Below are positions 1-11,193 of a DNA stretch of 64,000 nt, in pieces (position 1 is the first letter of the stretch; every line of letters starts with the position of its first letter). Source of the stretch: a virus; IMG/VR virus record IMGVR_UViG_3300031237_000273, positions 2,579 to 66,578 of that record; one strand, 5' to 3'. The translations under genes and the position numbers were made by a program. The notes under the pieces are model-generated. The model did no database searches. It saw only the letters and a program-made list of their open reading frames with translations, and had not been told where the DNA came from.

Positions 1-489
1 TTTCGAGTACTCATCAACGTCGTAAAGCGTGACGTTATCCAACCGAAATCGGATATTGAATACGTACGGGGCATACTCGTCATGCCCCAAGTCCTCAGGA
101 TTGCGACCAAGCTGGACAATCTCTTCACACATCTCTTGAAACCAGCCATTTCTTTGGAACAATGCGAGCGCATCTTGCGCTTGACGGTCGGTAAGGCATT
201 CCACTTCTCGAATTTCACCTACGTACCGACGTTTTGCTTTTGGCTCAATGCTGAAGAGGTGCAGATCGAATGGTTGCGCGTCCTTGAGCAATCGATTGCG
301 GCTTTTGTTAACGCCTTGCACGAAGGCGTAACGCCAACCATCAACGACCCAATCATCTCTGAACAGCCATTCCTCATGGCCGAACCCGAATTTGCTTGTA
401 TAGGAGCTTTTGACCTCTTTGGCCGGCGCTACGCCCGAGGGTTTCTTCCAGTTGTCCGTGTTGTAACAAAGCCTCGTTAGATACTTCAT
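1..489 (-). CDS. Hypothetical protein, 3' end outside window (possible nuclease/DNA-recognition N-terminal domain)
   Basis: Manual translation from ATG at 489: MKYLTRLCYNTDNWKKPSG...KFGFGHEEWLFRDDW...; open to the window edge; absent from the ORF track because it has no stop here. Confidence 0.7.
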   Translation of the reverse strand, partial: MKYLTRLCYNTDNWKKPSGVAPAKEVKSSYTSKFGFGHEEWLFRDDWVVDGWRYAFVQGVNKSRNRLLKDAQPFDLHLFSIEPKAKRRYVGEIREVECLTDRQAQDALALFQRNGWFQEMCEEIVQLGRNPEDLGHDEYAPYVFNIRFRLDNVTLYDVDEYSK

Positions 490-635
490 CGCCGCTTCCT
501 GCATGAGAGATATCAAATGGACATTACTTTATAGACCGTTGGAATTGTAGCCAGCGACGAGCCGTATTGCCGAGGATTCATAACTCACTCAACCGCTCAT
601 CAATTTTTCTAGACGCCTTCACCGACCGCTTTGGG

Positions 636-701
636 TCACAACGAGATTTTCGTTCCGGTTTTGACTGTTGAACCTGTCCTAAGACGTTTTCACATAGCTT
701 G
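636..701. mobile_element. Partial MITE copy (one end only)
   Basis: ...ttttgactgttgaacctgtcctaagacgttttcacatagcttg matches the right end of the MITE at 1797-1954. Confidence 0.6.
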
Positions 702-909
702 GAGGCAGGAGCGCCGATCCGGCTATGCTGGGCTCGGTTCGCAATCAGAGGTGTTTCGCGCTTTCGCCAGTAGTACAAAGTAAACTCGGGCCCCAAGCCT
801 CTTGAGCCTAGCATCTAGACTAAGCTAGACGGGAGCTGGATAACGCTAGTTTACGGCCGGCACACTTTTTGAGTCGCCACCACGATACTGACGTAACGAG
901 TAATGAAGA

Positions 910-1368
910 ATGTGGGACAGCTTAATTAGAACGCTGCAAGCGAACGCGACCGTCGAATTTGGGATGCTTCAGTTAGCACGACAACCTGACTGCCCCTCCT
1001 GGCGTCGACACAGGTCCCCAAATCGCTTTGAGCATCTGCACAACGCGCTCTTCAGCGATAAGGGGGCATATGCCGCCTGTACGGGGAAGTCGGCGTATCC
1101 CAAACAGAAATATTCGATGGCCGGTCAGCTCGTAGTGCCCTTCGCCGCCGCTTGGGACCTGAATACCGGGGTGGGGTTTCTAGTGCGCGCTGCGGTCCCC
1201 TATCCTGAAATCACTATAGTGGCCGTTGATGTACTTGAGGCTATTGAGCCCGCGACCGAGCATGAATTGCTAAACCAGCTTTCATGGACTTTCGGTACAG
1301 CGGCTGGCGATTACGGTATTCGCTGGCTTACAAATCGCAACATTCAGCTTCCAACCAACGAATGCTGA
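910..1368 (+). CDS. Hypothetical protein (uncertain)
   Basis: 152-aa ORF, no recognised motif. Confidence 0.35.
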   Translation: MWDSLIRTLQANATVEFGMLQLARQPDCPSWRRHRSPNRFEHLHNALFSDKGAYAACTGKSAYPKQKYSMAGQLVVPFAAAWDLNTGVGFLVRAAVPYPEITIVAVDVLEAIEPATEHELLNQLSWTFGTAAGDYGIRWLTNRNIQLPTNEC

Positions 1369-1647
1369 GTGCATCGCGAGATGCAACAAAAGCTATGAGG
1401 CATCATGGTAACAACGCAAGGCGCTGAAGGGCCAGCGGCTTCCCTTAGTATTCCTTCTCCCCCGTGCCCCTAGACCGGGTAGATGGCCCCCTTATCAACC
1501 TCCTCGCAGACGAGTGCGACTTAACGACGTGTAGAACCCACAACATAGGAGTGCTTCCTTGTGCCATCGTCACATAAGCCAACCCGGTGATGCGACAGCT
1601 ACCGACTTTAGACGGTCGAACACTCGCAGCTTCCGCCATCACTGGGG

Positions 1648-1673
1648 TGAATTGCCCCCGGTTCCGTAGAGAC
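1648..1673. mobile_element. Solo IS3-family-like terminal inverted repeat
   Basis: TGAATTGCCCCCGGTTCCGTAGAGAC resembles IS51/IS629-group ends; no transposase follows. Confidence 0.4.
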
Positions 1674-1714
1674 GGTGATCTTCACTTTCTGATTGAGATT
1701 CAGTGGCTGCGACT

Positions 1715-1968
1715 GTCAGCTTAGGGTTGACTGCTGCCCCCGGCGAGAGGCAGCAATTGGCCAATAGCGCCTCCCGCTCAGCAACTGCTCACGACCCAGC
1801 TATGTGAAAACGCATGCATCGTTTCGATGTCTGCATTGCTGTGCAAAATCCGCCAGCATTTGGTTAATCCGCAGACCTGGAATTTGCGTAGGATCGCGAT
1901 TTCCATTCCGTCTTTGACTGTCAAACCTGCTCTAAAACGTTTTCACACTACCTGGACCTAAAGCGGAC
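1715..1968. repeat. Array of three 24-bp palindromic sites (34-bp period), third interrupted by a MITE
   Basis: Cores GGGTTG 1724, TGGCCA 1758, CGACC 1792, each flanked by GNCNGC-like/GCNGNC-like arms. Confidence 0.75.
1797..1954. mobile_element. MITE (158 bp)
   Basis: TIRs cagctatgtgaaaacg / cgttttcacactacctg; GACC duplication; inverted homolog of 21318-21476. Confidence 0.8.
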
Positions 1969-2032
1969 GCTCCTGATAGGCACCCTCGGGTGCTAGACTT
2001 GCGCTTTTGCCCCTACTCCAAGGAACTGTTGC

Positions 2033-4012
2033 GTGAATACGGAAAATCATTCCCAGACGGCCGCCTTTCTCTGGTCGATTGCCGACCTGCTGCGTGGTGA
2101 TTTCAAGCAGTCCCAGTACGGCCGCATCATCCTGCCATTCACCCTGCTGCGGCGCATGGAGTGTGTGCTGACGCCGACCAAGGATGCCGTGATTCGCGAG
2201 TTCTACGCCCAGGAAGGCCGCCCGGACACCGTACGTGAAATGTACATGCTACGTGCAGCAGGTGGCCTGCAGTTCTTCAACGCTTCGCCGCTGACTCTCG
2301 GCACTCTGTCCGATACCCAGACCTCGGCAGACCTGATGAGTTACGTGCAGTCCTTCAGCAAGGACGCACGCGAGATCTTCGAGCACTTCCACTTCGAGGA
2401 CTTCGTTCTACAATTGGCCAGCGCCAACTTGCTCTATCAGGTAGTGCAACGGTTTGCTGCCACCGACCTGAGCCCCGAACGCATCAGCAACTTCGGCATG
2501 GGCATCATCTTTGAAGAGCTGATCCGCAAGTTCGCGGAAAGCTCCAACGAAACCGCGGGTGAGCACTTCACCCCGCGCGATATTGTGCACCTCACCACTT
2601 CGTTGGTGATCACCGATCAGGACCACAAACTCGCGCCCAACAGCATCGTCACCATCTATGATCCAACCGCGGGTACGGGTGGTTTTCTGTCCGAGGGTGA
2701 CGAGTACATCCAGTCCATCAGCGAAAAGGTCAGCGTGTCCCTGCACGGACAGGAACTGAATCCCGAGTCCTATGCCATCTGCAAAGCGGACATGCTGATC
2801 AAGGGCCAGGACGTGATCAGCATCAAGCTCGGCAACACGCTGTCCAACGACCAACTGGCCAACAAGCACTTCGACTTCATGCTCAGCAACCCGCCGTTCG
2901 GCGTGGAATGGAAGAAGGTGCAAAAGCAGATCACCGACGAGCACAGCCACAAGGGTTTCGATGGCCGCTTCGGCCCAGGTCTGCCACGGGTGTCCGACGG
3001 TTCGCTGCTGTTCCTCCTCCACCTGGTCAGCAAAATGCGTGACCCGCGCGACGGTGGCTCGCGCATCGGCATTATCCTTAACGGGTCGCCGCTGTTTACC
3101 GGCGGTGCGGGCTCGGGAGAGTCGGAGATTCGCCGCTACCTGCTGCAAAACGACCTAGTGGAAGCCATCGTCGCGCTGCCGACGGACATGTTCTACAACA
3201 CCGGCATCGCCACCTATGTGTGGATACTCAGCAACCACAAAGCGGCTGAGCGCCAGGGCAAGGTCCAGTTGATCGACGGCAGCCAGCACTACGCCAAAAT
3301 GCGCAAGTCGCTGGGCAGCAAGCGCCAATACATCACTGAGGATCAAATCAGCGAGCTGGTGCGCCTGTATGGCAGCTTCGAGCACACCGCGCAGAGCAAG
3401 ATCTTCCCCATTGACGCCTTTGGCTACCGGCGCATCACCGTTGAGCGCCCGCTACGGCTAAAATTCCAAACCAGTGCCGAGCGCATCGCTAAAGTGCTGG
3501 AAGAAAAAGCCCTGCAGAAACTCGACAGCGCCGCTCAGAAACAACTGATGACCGCCCTGCAAGCGATGGACGCAAGCCAACTGCACCGCAACCGCGAGCA
3601 ATTCAGCAAACTGCTGAAAAAAGCCCTCACCGCGCACAGCGTCATCCTGAGCACGCCGGAGCTAAAAGCCCTGCTCAATGCACTGAGCGAGCGCGACCCC
3701 GAGGCGGATATCTGCATGACCAAGGGCCAGCCGGAAGCAGACGCAGGACTGCGCGATAACGAGAACGTGCCGTTGGGCGAGTCGGTATACGAATACTTCC
3801 AGCGTGAAGTCATCCCCCATGTGCCGGATGCCTGGATCGACGAAAGCAAAACCGATGCTCAGGATGGCAAAGTCGGCATTGTCGGCTTCGAGATTCCCTT
3901 CAACCGGCACTTCTACGTATTCCAGTCGCCGCGCCCGTTGGCCGAAATCGACCGCGACCTGAAAGCTTGTACCGACCGCATCAAACAAATGATTGAGGGG
4001 CTGTCGGCATGA
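2033..4012 (+). CDS. hsdM: Type I restriction-modification methyltransferase subunit M
   Basis: GTG start; [10 protein letters not shown]-terminus, [16 protein letters not shown] (motif I), NPPF (motif IV). Confidence 0.97.
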   Translation: MNTENHSQTAAFLWSIADLLRGDFKQSQYGRIILPFTLLRRMECVLTPTKDAVIREFYAQEGRPDTVREMYMLRAAGGLQFFNASPLTLGTLSDTQTSADLMSYVQSFSKDAREIFEHFHFEDFVLQLASANLLYQVVQRFAATDLSPERISNFGMGIIFEELIRKFAESSNETAGEHFTPRDIVHLTTSLVITDQDHKLAPNSIVTIYDPTAGTGGFLSEGDEYIQSISEKVSVSLHGQELNPESYAICKADMLIKGQDVISIKLGNTLSNDQLANKHFDFMLSNPPFGVEWKKVQKQITDEHSHKGFDGRFGPGLPRVSDGSLLFLLHLVSKMRDPRDGGSRIGIILNGSPLFTGGAGSGESEIRRYLLQNDLVEAIVALPTDMFYNTGIATYVWILSNHKAAERQGKVQLIDGSQHYAKMRKSLGSKRQYITEDQISELVRLYGSFEHTAQSKIFPIDAFGYRRITVERPLRLKFQTSAERIAKVLEEKALQKLDSAAQKQLMTALQAMDASQLHRNREQFSKLLKKALTAHSVILSTPELKALLNALSERDPEADICMTKGQPEADAGLRDNENVPLGESVYEYFQREVIPHVPDAWIDESKTDAQDGKVGIVGFEIPFNRHFYVFQSPRPLAEIDRDLKACTDRIKQMIEGLSA

Positions 4013-5370
4013 GCTTGCTTGCATATCAGAAGCTGAAACCGTCAGGTATAGAGTATTTGGACGGAGTTCCAAATGACTGGTCATTAAAACGACTTGGCGA
4101 TCTTGTTGCTTTTGCTCAGGGCAAGGCGCATGAGCCATATATTGACGATGATGGCGACTATATCTGCGTTAACTCTAGGTTCGTTTCGACGTCGGGGAGA
4201 ACGATTAAGACGTGCAGTATCAATCTGACCCCTGCTTCGTTAAATGACATATTGATGGTAATGAGCGACCTGCCCAATGGGCGGGCGCTTGCTCGGGCAT
4301 ATTACGTTGATGATCACGGTAAGTACGCCGTGAATCAGCGGGTGTGTCGAATCACGGCAGAAAAGGCACATCCTCGTTTCTTGTTTTACTTGTTAGATCG
4401 TCACCCTGGACTTATGCAGAATGACGATGGCGTGCATCAAACCCATCTTTCAAATGCCGATTTTCAAAAACTAAAGCTCTATCTGCCATCAATTTCAGAA
4501 CAAAACCAAATCGCACGCTTTCTTGATCACGAAACCGTCCGCATCGACGCGCTGATCGAAGAGCAGCAGCGCCTGATCGAATTGCTCAAGGAAAAGCGCC
4601 AGGCCGTGATCTCCCACGCCGTAATCAAGGGCCTCGACCCTACGGTGCAGATGAAAGACTCCGGCGTGAAGTGGCTAGGCGAGGTGCCGGCACATTGGGA
4701 AGTGACACCCCTGAAATATGTGGTTAGCAATCTAGGACAAGGATGGAGCCCACAGTGCGATAACTATCCAGCTGAAGATGGCGAATGGGGGGTATTAAAA
4801 GTTGGATGTGTAAATGGTGGCCAATTCAATGCTGGTGAGAATAAGCATCTGCCAGTTGAGCTTAAGCCAGATGAGGAGCTAGCAATCAAGCAGGGCGACT
4901 TATTGATATCAAGGGCAAACACCAGAGAACTGGTTGGCAGCGCCGCTGTTGCCGACAAAAATTATCCGCGACTAATGCTGTGCGACAAACTTTATCGATT
5001 GCGCTTGAACATGGAGCGAGCTACTCCCGAGTTCTTAGCTCTCTACCTCAGATCTAGCGCCCCTAGAAGTCAGATTGAATTGGCCGCAAGTGGCGCAAGT
5101 GACTCGATGCAAAACATCTCGCAGTCAGTCGTAATGGATATGACTCTTTCCTTGCCGCCACTTGGCGAGCAGGAGGAAATTCTGCGGTTCCTCAGCGTCA
5201 TACTGAAAAGTTCCGATGACTTGGTTGCTGAAGCCACTAGTCAGCGCTACCTGCTCCAAGAACGCCGTTCCGCTCTAATCTCCGCCGCCGTTACCGGCAA
5301 AATCGACGTACGTGGCTGGCAGCCATCAGCCACTGCGACATTCCCTGAATTAGCAGAAGAGGCTGTGTAA
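4009..5370 (+). CDS. hsdS: Type I restriction-modification specificity subunit S
   Basis: Two variable lower-GC TRDs separated by conserved EQ..IA.FLD...[16 protein letters not shown]; C-terminal [14 protein letters not shown]; ATGA overlap with hsdM. Confidence 0.97.
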   Translation: MSLLAYQKLKPSGIEYLDGVPNDWSLKRLGDLVAFAQGKAHEPYIDDDGDYICVNSRFVSTSGRTIKTCSINLTPASLNDILMVMSDLPNGRALARAYYVDDHGKYAVNQRVCRITAEKAHPRFLFYLLDRHPGLMQNDDGVHQTHLSNADFQKLKLYLPSISEQNQIARFLDHETVRIDALIEEQQRLIELLKEKRQAVISHAVIKGLDPTVQMKDSGVKWLGEVPAHWEVTPLKYVVSNLGQGWSPQCDNYPAEDGEWGVLKVGCVNGGQFNAGENKHLPVELKPDEELAIKQGDLLISRANTRELVGSAAVADKNYPRLMLCDKLYRLRLNMERATPEFLALYLRSSAPRSQIELAASGASDSMQNISQSVVMDMTLSLPPLGEQEEILRFLSVILKSSDDLVAEATSQRYLLQERRSALISAAVTGKIDVRGWQPSATATFPELAEEAV

Positions 5371-8300
5371 TGGCAGACAGCAAGGAAGCGCAGTTCCAAA
5401 AGGACATTATCGATGTACTAGCCACTCAGGGCTGGTTGGTCGGCACGGCCAGCAACTACAATCGCCATACCGCGCTGTATACCGAAGATGTACTGAGCTA
5501 CTTCAAGGACGCTTGGCCGGAGCGCTGGGAAAAGTTCGCCAAGGCCAACCCGAATGCACCAGAAGACATACTGATACAAAAGCTGGTGCGTGAGCTGGAG
5601 CAGAGCGGCACCCTGGATGTGCTACGCCATGGCTTCAAACTACCGGCGGTGAAGGTAGAGCTGTGCAGCTTCCAGCCCGACCACGGCATGAACCCGGACA
5701 CCCTAAAGCGCTACCAGCGCAACCGCTTGCGCGTGGTGCCCGAGGTGTCTTACTCGCCGCACGCGCGTGAAGCCGGCAGCAACGGGCAAAGCTACAACCC
5801 TCGACTGGATCTAGTGCTGTTCGTCAACGGCATTCCCACTGCCACGCTGGAGCTAAAAAGCGAATTCAAGCAGTCGGTGGAAAACGCCAAGCGTCAGTAC
5901 CGTTACGACCGCCCTGTGAATGACCCGCTGACGCGCAAGCCCGAGCCGTTGCTGACCTTCAAGCGCGGCGCGCTAGTGCACTTCGCCGTGGGCCAGAACG
6001 AGGTGGCAATGACCACCAAGCTGGCCGGCAAGGACACCTTTTTCCTGCCGTTCAACCTCGGCACCGATGAGGGCGGCGCTGGCAACCCGATGCCTGCCGA
6101 CGACAGCCAGTACGCCACCGGCTACCTATGGCAACGACTGTTCCAGCCAGATGCCTGGCTCAAAGTTCTGGGGCGCTTTCTGCACCTGGACAAAAAGACC
6201 AGCGAAAGCTTCGATGGCACGCCGGTTACCAAGGAAACGATGATCTTCCCGCGTTACCACCAATGGGAAGTGGTCAATAAACTGGTCAACACCACTCGCG
6301 CCGAAGGGCCTGGCAAGCGCTATTTAGTCCAGCACAGCGCCGGCTCGGGCAAGTCCAACTCCATCGCCTGGACGGCGCATCAACTGGCTTCACTGTACGA
6401 CACCGCTGGTCAGCGCCTGTTTAACTCGGTGATCGTGGTCACAGACCGAACAGTGCTGGATAGCCAATTGCAGAACGCCATTTACCAGTTCGAGCACGCC
6501 CAGGGCGTGGTCAAACCGATCAGCCGTGATGTCGGAAACCAGAGCAAGTCCGAACAACTGGCTGAGGCGCTGGCTGAGCAGACGCGCATCATCATCGTCA
6601 CCATCCAGACTTTTCCTGCATTATTCGATGCCCTAGACAAGTACCCCAAGCTGGCTAGCGGGCGGTATGCGGTAATCGCTGACGAGGCGCACTCCTCGCA
6701 AACTGGCTCGTCGGCCAGCAAGCTGAAACAGATTCTAGGCAGCGATGCACTGGACGCCGAGGAAGTCAGCGCCGAAGAGTTGTTGGACGCAGCCGTACAG
6801 GCGCGCCAACCGAATGAGCGCATCAGTTACTACGCCTTCACCGCCACGCCCAAGGCCAAGACCTTGGAGCTGTTCGGTCGCCCGGCCGACTCCACGCTGC
6901 CGGCCAGTTCCAGCAACAAGCCGGAGGCTTTTCATCTGTATTCCATGCGCCAGGCTATCGAGGAGGGTTTCATCCTCGACGTGCTGCGCAACTACACCAC
7001 CTACAGTACCGCCTGGAAGATCGCCCACCCAGATGGCGAAGACGACGAGGTGGACAGCAAGAAGGCGCGCATCAAGCTAGCGCGCTGGGTGCGTTTGCAT
7101 CCATACAACATCAGTCAAAAGGTTGAGGTGATCGTCGAGCACTTCCGCGCCAATATCCGCAATCTGCTCAATGGCCAGGCCAAGGCCATGGTGGTGACCA
7201 GCAGCCGCCAGGAAGCGGTGCGTTACCAGTTGGCGGTGAGAGCCTATGTACAGCAGATGGGTTACAACGATGTGCACCCGCTGGTGGCGTTCTCCGGCAG
7301 CGTGCTACCGGATGAGGTGATCCCCGAAGAGGTGACGGAAAGCAGCAGCCTGCTCAACCCTGGCCTGAATGGCCGCGACTTGGCAGTGGCGTTCGACACC
7401 CAAGACTTCAACGTGATGATCGCGGCCAACAAGTATCAGACCGGCTTCGATCAGCCCAAGCTGTGTGCCATGTACGTGGACAAAAAGCTGCAAGGCGTGG
7501 ACTGCGTGCAGACCCTGTCGAGGCTGAACCGCACTTTCGGTGACAGCAAGGAAACCTTCATTCTCGACTTCTTCAACGAGCCGCAGGACATTCTTGACGC
7601 CTTCCTGCCGTACTACACCAAAGCCGAGCTGACCGATGTAACCGACCCGCAGATCATTTATGACCTGCAAAAGAAGTTGGATGCAGAGGGAATCTATCAC
7701 TGGCAGGAGGTCGAGGCATTCTCCATAGCCTTCTTCGACCCCAAGGCGGCTGCTAGCAAGCTCAGTTACTACTGCACTCCGGCAAAGGAGCGCTTCGCCA
7801 AGCGCTACGCCTTCTCGGTGGAGTCGCGCCAGCAGGCGCTGGACTTCAAGCGCACAGCCGAAGCTAACGGCGACAGTGGTGGCCTGAAAAAAGCCGAGCA
7901 CGCGCTGAAAGAGGCCGGCGAGCAGATCGATCAACTTGATCTGTTCCGAAAGAATCTGCAGAGCTTCGTGCGCCTGTACGAGTTCCTCTCGCAGATCGTG
8001 CCCTATGAAGACCGCGAACTGGAGCAGCTCTGCGTGTACGCCAAGCACCTGCACCCCCTGCTGCGCGTGGATCGCCTGCAACAAGATGACGTGGACGTGG
8101 GCGAGCTACAACTTAGTCATTACCGCCTGAGCAAGCGCGCCGAACACCAGCTACGCCTGAACGAAGAACACGGCGAATATACCCTCAAACCCGGCAGTGA
8201 CGTGGGCAGCGGCAAGCCCCATGACCCGGAGAAGAAGCGCTTGTCGGAAATCATCGAGGCGCTGAACGATATCTTCGGAGCCGAGGTGAGCGATGACGAC

Positions 8301-8570
8301 CAGCTGCAGTTCCTCACCGGCATCGCCCAGCGCATCAGCCGCCAGGAAGATGTGATGGCTCAGGTAAACAACCACTCTGTGGATCAAGTAATGCACGGCT
8401 TGTTCCCCAAGCGCGTTCTGGACACCGTGCTAGATGCCATGACCGACCACGAGAAACTATCGCTGGAAGTGCTGGATAACGAGACCAAGAGCCGTGCTTT
8501 TGCCTTGGTGATTTTGAAGATGCTGAAATCGGCAGCCGCCCTCGATGAATCCGGTTTGCGAAATGCCTGA
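5370..8570 (+). CDS. hsdR: Type I restriction endonuclease subunit R
   Basis: DLVLFVNG..LELK nuclease motif, HSAGSGKS Walker A, DEAH, FTATP, TGFD, QTLSRLNR. Confidence 0.97.
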   Translation: MADSKEAQFQKDIIDVLATQGWLVGTASNYNRHTALYTEDVLSYFKDAWPERWEKFAKANPNAPEDILIQKLVRELEQSGTLDVLRHGFKLPAVKVELCSFQPDHGMNPDTLKRYQRNRLRVVPEVSYSPHAREAGSNGQSYNPRLDLVLFVNGIPTATLELKSEFKQSVENAKRQYRYDRPVNDPLTRKPEPLLTFKRGALVHFAVGQNEVAMTTKLAGKDTFFLPFNLGTDEGGAGNPMPADDSQYATGYLWQRLFQPDAWLKVLGRFLHLDKKTSESFDGTPVTKETMIFPRYHQWEVVNKLVNTTRAEGPGKRYLVQHSAGSGKSNSIAWTAHQLASLYDTAGQRLFNSVIVVTDRTVLDSQLQNAIYQFEHAQGVVKPISRDVGNQSKSEQLAEALAEQTRIIIVTIQTFPALFDALDKYPKLASGRYAVIADEAHSSQTGSSASKLKQILGSDALDAEEVSAEELLDAAVQARQPNERISYYAFTATPKAKTLELFGRPADSTLPASSSNKPEAFHLYSMRQAIEEGFILDVLRNYTTYSTAWKIAHPDGEDDEVDSKKARIKLARWVRLHPYNISQKVEVIVEHFRANIRNLLNGQAKAMVVTSSRQEAVRYQLAVRAYVQQMGYNDVHPLVAFSGSVLPDEVIPEEVTESSSLLNPGLNGRDLAVAFDTQDFNVMIAANKYQTGFDQPKLCAMYVDKKLQGVDCVQTLSRLNRTFGDSKETFILDFFNEPQDILDAFLPYYTKAELTDVTDPQIIYDLQKKLDAEGIYHWQEVEAFSIAFFDPKAAASKLSYYCTPAKERFAKRYAFSVESRQQALDFKRTAEANGDSGGLKKAEHALKEAGEQIDQLDLFRKNLQSFVRLYEFLSQIVPYEDRELEQLCVYAKHLHPLLRVDRLQQDDVDVGELQLSHYRLSKRAEHQLRLNEEHGEYTLKPGSDVGSGKPHDPEKKRLSEIIEALNDIFGAEVSDDDQLQFLTGIAQRISRQEDVMAQVNNHSVDQVMHGLFPKRVLDTVLDAMTDHEKLSLEVLDNETKSRAFALVILKMLKSAAALDESGLRNA

Positions 8571-8606
8571 AACCAAATAAATCGCATCAACAAAATACGC
8601 GCCGAC

Positions 8607-8882
8607 ATCTGTTTTTTGCCGACTGCTGCCTGTCGTCACCGGCTGCAATGGGTCGTTTACCGCTCATCGCGACAGGCAGCAACCGGCCGATGCTGTTGAA
8701 AACAGTCGGTCTGCCCAAACTGCCTGATCATTGACTGGTGAAAACGCCTTTTTTTGCACGCTGATACGTGAAATCCGAGTCCGGAAGCCCTTGCCAAAAG
8801 TAAAGATTTCAATCTCGGACGCGTACTTTTCTGATGCGCAAACCATCCTCGACTTTTTCACCAGAATCGGCCAAAAGCGGTC
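8607..8882. repeat. Array of three 24-bp palindromic sites (34-bp period), third interrupted by a MITE
   Basis: Cores TTGCCG 8616, GGGTCG 8650, CGGCC 8684. Confidence 0.8.
8689..8868. mobile_element. MITE, second family (180 bp)
   Basis: TIRs gatgctgttgaaaacagtcg / cgactttttcaccagaatc; GGCC duplication at 8685-8688 and 8869-8872. Confidence 0.75.
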
Positions 8883-9123
8883 AGTCGCGATAGATTTGTA
8901 GAGCAGGGATTGTGTGCGGTTCTCTCCGAGGTTAGCCTTGCGCAAGCCTGAACACCGCCAGCTAAGGGAACTGCAGGATTGGTGCATTTAATCCACGCCT
9001 TTACATCTCCCGAATCTATTCCAGATCAGTCTGCTGGTATTACCCGTCATGTTATCCACCAAATGGTGTGTTTAAATGCACTATCTGGTGTCTATTTATA
9101 GTTAGAAACCAAAGGAATTTTCC

Positions 9124-9528
9124 GTGCCCACCCAAAAACGACATCCAGACAATCATGTACTCGATCCAATAGTAAAGCCCCTTGCCTCCAAGGCATTCTT
9201 AATCTTTATTTCTTTAGCAGCCATTGCTGCAGGAATTACTTTTTCAGTAGTTCATGAAAACTGGTCGTGGATCAATCGATTTGGCGCGGTGGTTATAGTG
9301 GCCGGCCTGCTCTTTACTATGTCACCCCTGTTTTCAGACGGAATTTATAAGTCACAATCCGGCGCTGGGCGCTTCGCTGAGCTCCACATTGATGGCACGC
9401 CAATAATCACGACAGCAGAAGAACGGAAAATTGGTAACAATGTTGCGCTAGGTATCGTTATTACTGCTATTGGCACGCTAACTAACGCATTTGGCGACTT
9501 ACTAGGTAATTGCGTATATAACTTCTAG
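9124..9528 (+). CDS. Membrane protein, integron cassette 1
   Basis: Three hydrophobic segments; AAGGA RBS; preceded by GTTAGAA (9101) and followed by an attC. Confidence 0.75.
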   Translation: MPTQKRHPDNHVLDPIVKPLASKAFLIFISLAAIAAGITFSVVHENWSWINRFGAVVIVAGLLFTMSPLFSDGIYKSQSGAGRFAELHIDGTPIITTAEERKIGNNVALGIVITAIGTLTNAFGDLLGNCVYNF

Positions 9529-9572
9529 CTATACGCTCAATGTCGCTCACTCCGCTAGCTTAACCGTTATGT
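9516..9572 (+). other. attC site 1 (short, degenerate)
   Basis: ATATAAC ... gctatacg ... cgctagc ... GTTATGT. Confidence 0.6.
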
Positions 9573-9586
9573 CTTAGGGGTAGATT

Positions 9587-10522
9587 ATGGATTATAAACT
9601 AGACATCAAAGCAAACGCTTTGGACAGCTTCAATGAGGCTCTGGAAAAATTCGAACAAGGCGAGAACGGCAATACCAAATCATACAAGTTTGCAATCCTG
9701 CACGCATCTCACTTTCTAGAACTAATATTAAAAATATACATTATCTCAATAAATGAAAATCTTGTTTTTTCTAAATGCTATCGACACGTTGCAAAGAAAG
9801 CAAAAGACGAAAACGTAAATATTCTAGAAGCCTTTGAAGTAATCACCAAAGAAAACTTCGACCTTAACTCTCTAATAGACACAGATAGCAGCCCACACAC
9901 AATCACTCTTGACCAAGCGTTGGACTTTGCAAGATGTGAAAAATGCAAAATTACAGGCGTTAACTTTGTTGATACTGAGTTTTGCAGTGACATTGAATGG
10001 ATCAAAGGACTAAGAAACAACATCGAGCATTTCCAGTTCAAGCTTGAACCCAAAGAGGTTCGACTTTGCATTGGTCGCTTAGTTAGGAGCGTCATTGAGT
10101 TTCTTGATATTTTCGACCTGTTTAATCTGGAGAGTGAAATCGGAAAGGATAGGTTTCATATTTTTGAAACTCTTGCCGATGAGTACACTCAACTTTTAAG
10201 AGAAGCCACTCGCGAGGTTGAAGAGCAAGAATCTGAAACCTTCAGAGGCATCAGGCACAAACACTATGTATTCATCGACTGGAACATATATACATGCCCT
10301 GGATGCAACAACCACACAATGATTCCCAATCACGAATCCAGTACTGGATACAAATGTACTTTTTGTAAGAACGAAGAAAGCGGCGAAATTGAAGTGCCAT
10401 GCGATTGCTGTGGTGCACTTTCACCTTCCGATGAAATGGACACTTGGTCGATGGATGACGGCTCAATCGAATATCGGTGTTATTTCTGCTCTGGACAGTA
10501 TCAAATCGACAAAGGCGATTAA
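9587..10522 (+). CDS. HEPN-like protein with C-terminal Zn ribbons, integron cassette 2
   Basis: LRNNIEH (RxxxxH), N-terminal LELILK helix, four CxxC pairs at the C-terminus; low GC. Confidence 0.75.
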   Translation: MDYKLDIKANALDSFNEALEKFEQGENGNTKSYKFAILHASHFLELILKIYIISINENLVFSKCYRHVAKKAKDENVNILEAFEVITKENFDLNSLIDTDSSPHTITLDQALDFARCEKCKITGVNFVDTEFCSDIEWIKGLRNNIEHFQFKLEPKEVRLCIGRLVRSVIEFLDIFDLFNLESEIGKDRFHIFETLADEYTQLLREATREVEEQESETFRGIRHKHYVFIDWNIYTCPGCNNHTMIPNHESSTGYKCTFCKNEESGEIEVPCDCCGALSPSDEMDTWSMDDGSIEYRCYFCSGQYQIDKGD

Positions 10523-10609
10523 CATAACTATATACTCAACCTCATTGGCTTCGCTCGCTGGACTTGCAAAAGCTACGCTTTTGCTCGCCGGTTAGCACAG
10601 CCGTTAGAT
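10522..10609 (+). other. attC site 2
   Basis: R'' ACATAAC (exact complement of the cassette start GTTATGT), L'' act[c]aacc / L' ggttagc with one extrahelical base, R' GTTAGAT. Confidence 0.85.
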
Positions 10610-10629
10610 TTTTTAGGTACGTGGATATT

Positions 10630-11169
10630 ATGCCAAAGCGAGCAACTTCATTAACAGGCGCTGCTGGCGAGCATTATGTGGCCTATAAGCTCTCTGCAAT
10701 GGGCTATCCTACAGCTCTGACCAGAGGCGGCTCACCGGTGATCGACCTGATGGTGGGCGATTTAAGTGGTAACGGCTCCATATCCATACAGGTAAAGACT
10801 TCCAACAGCGCCCGTCGTATTCACAAGAGGGATAAGAACAAAGATAAAGATAGGTGGGAATGGGATGTCGGGAGTAAGGGTAAGACGCTGAAGGGGGAGT
10901 CAATTTTTTACGCCTTCGTGAACTTGAAGGGCGCCCCAAGCGCTATCAAGAACCCACATCCAGAAGTATTCATTGTCCCCTCCGAGGATGTTGCTTTTTA
11001 TCTTGATCGCCCGATGAGCCGCTATATGTTTTGGATAAAGGACAAGGATAAGGACCGCTACCTGGAAGCTTGGCACCTAATCACTGACCGCCTCCTTGGC
11101 CCTGTTTCTGCTGGTCCAATCGATGAGGTGGAGTCAGCCGATGTGGAAAGCGTCGTGGAGCCTGCTTGA
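10630..11169 (+). CDS. PD-(D/E)XK-type nuclease-like protein, integron cassette 3
   Basis: GAAGEHYVAYKL...IDLMV...IQVKT; likely start ATG 10630, downstream of attC2. Confidence 0.75.
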   Translation: MPKRATSLTGAAGEHYVAYKLSAMGYPTALTRGGSPVIDLMVGDLSGNGSISIQVKTSNSARRIHKRDKNKDKDRWEWDVGSKGKTLKGESIFYAFVNLKGAPSAIKNPHPEVFIVPSEDVAFYLDRPMSRYMFWIKDKDKDRYLEAWHLITDRLLGPVSAGPIDEVESADVESVVEPA

Positions 11170-11193
11170 TCTTTCATTTTAGTTGGCATCGAA

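Noticed and set aside
82-480. + strand 132-aa ORF
   Set aside because: Shadow of a more protein-like minus-strand frame at 1-489
2408-8648. Minus-strand ORFs over hsdM/hsdR
   Set aside because: Antisense shadows of well-supported genes
8607-8700. 24-bp sites as dif/pdif or attC
   Set aside because: No XerC/XerD arm consensus (TTATGTTAAAT) and no RYYYAAC/GTTRRRY boxes
8890-9100. Integron integrase upstream of the cassettes
   Set aside because: No tyrosine recombinase ORF or recognisable remnant between hsdR and cassette 1
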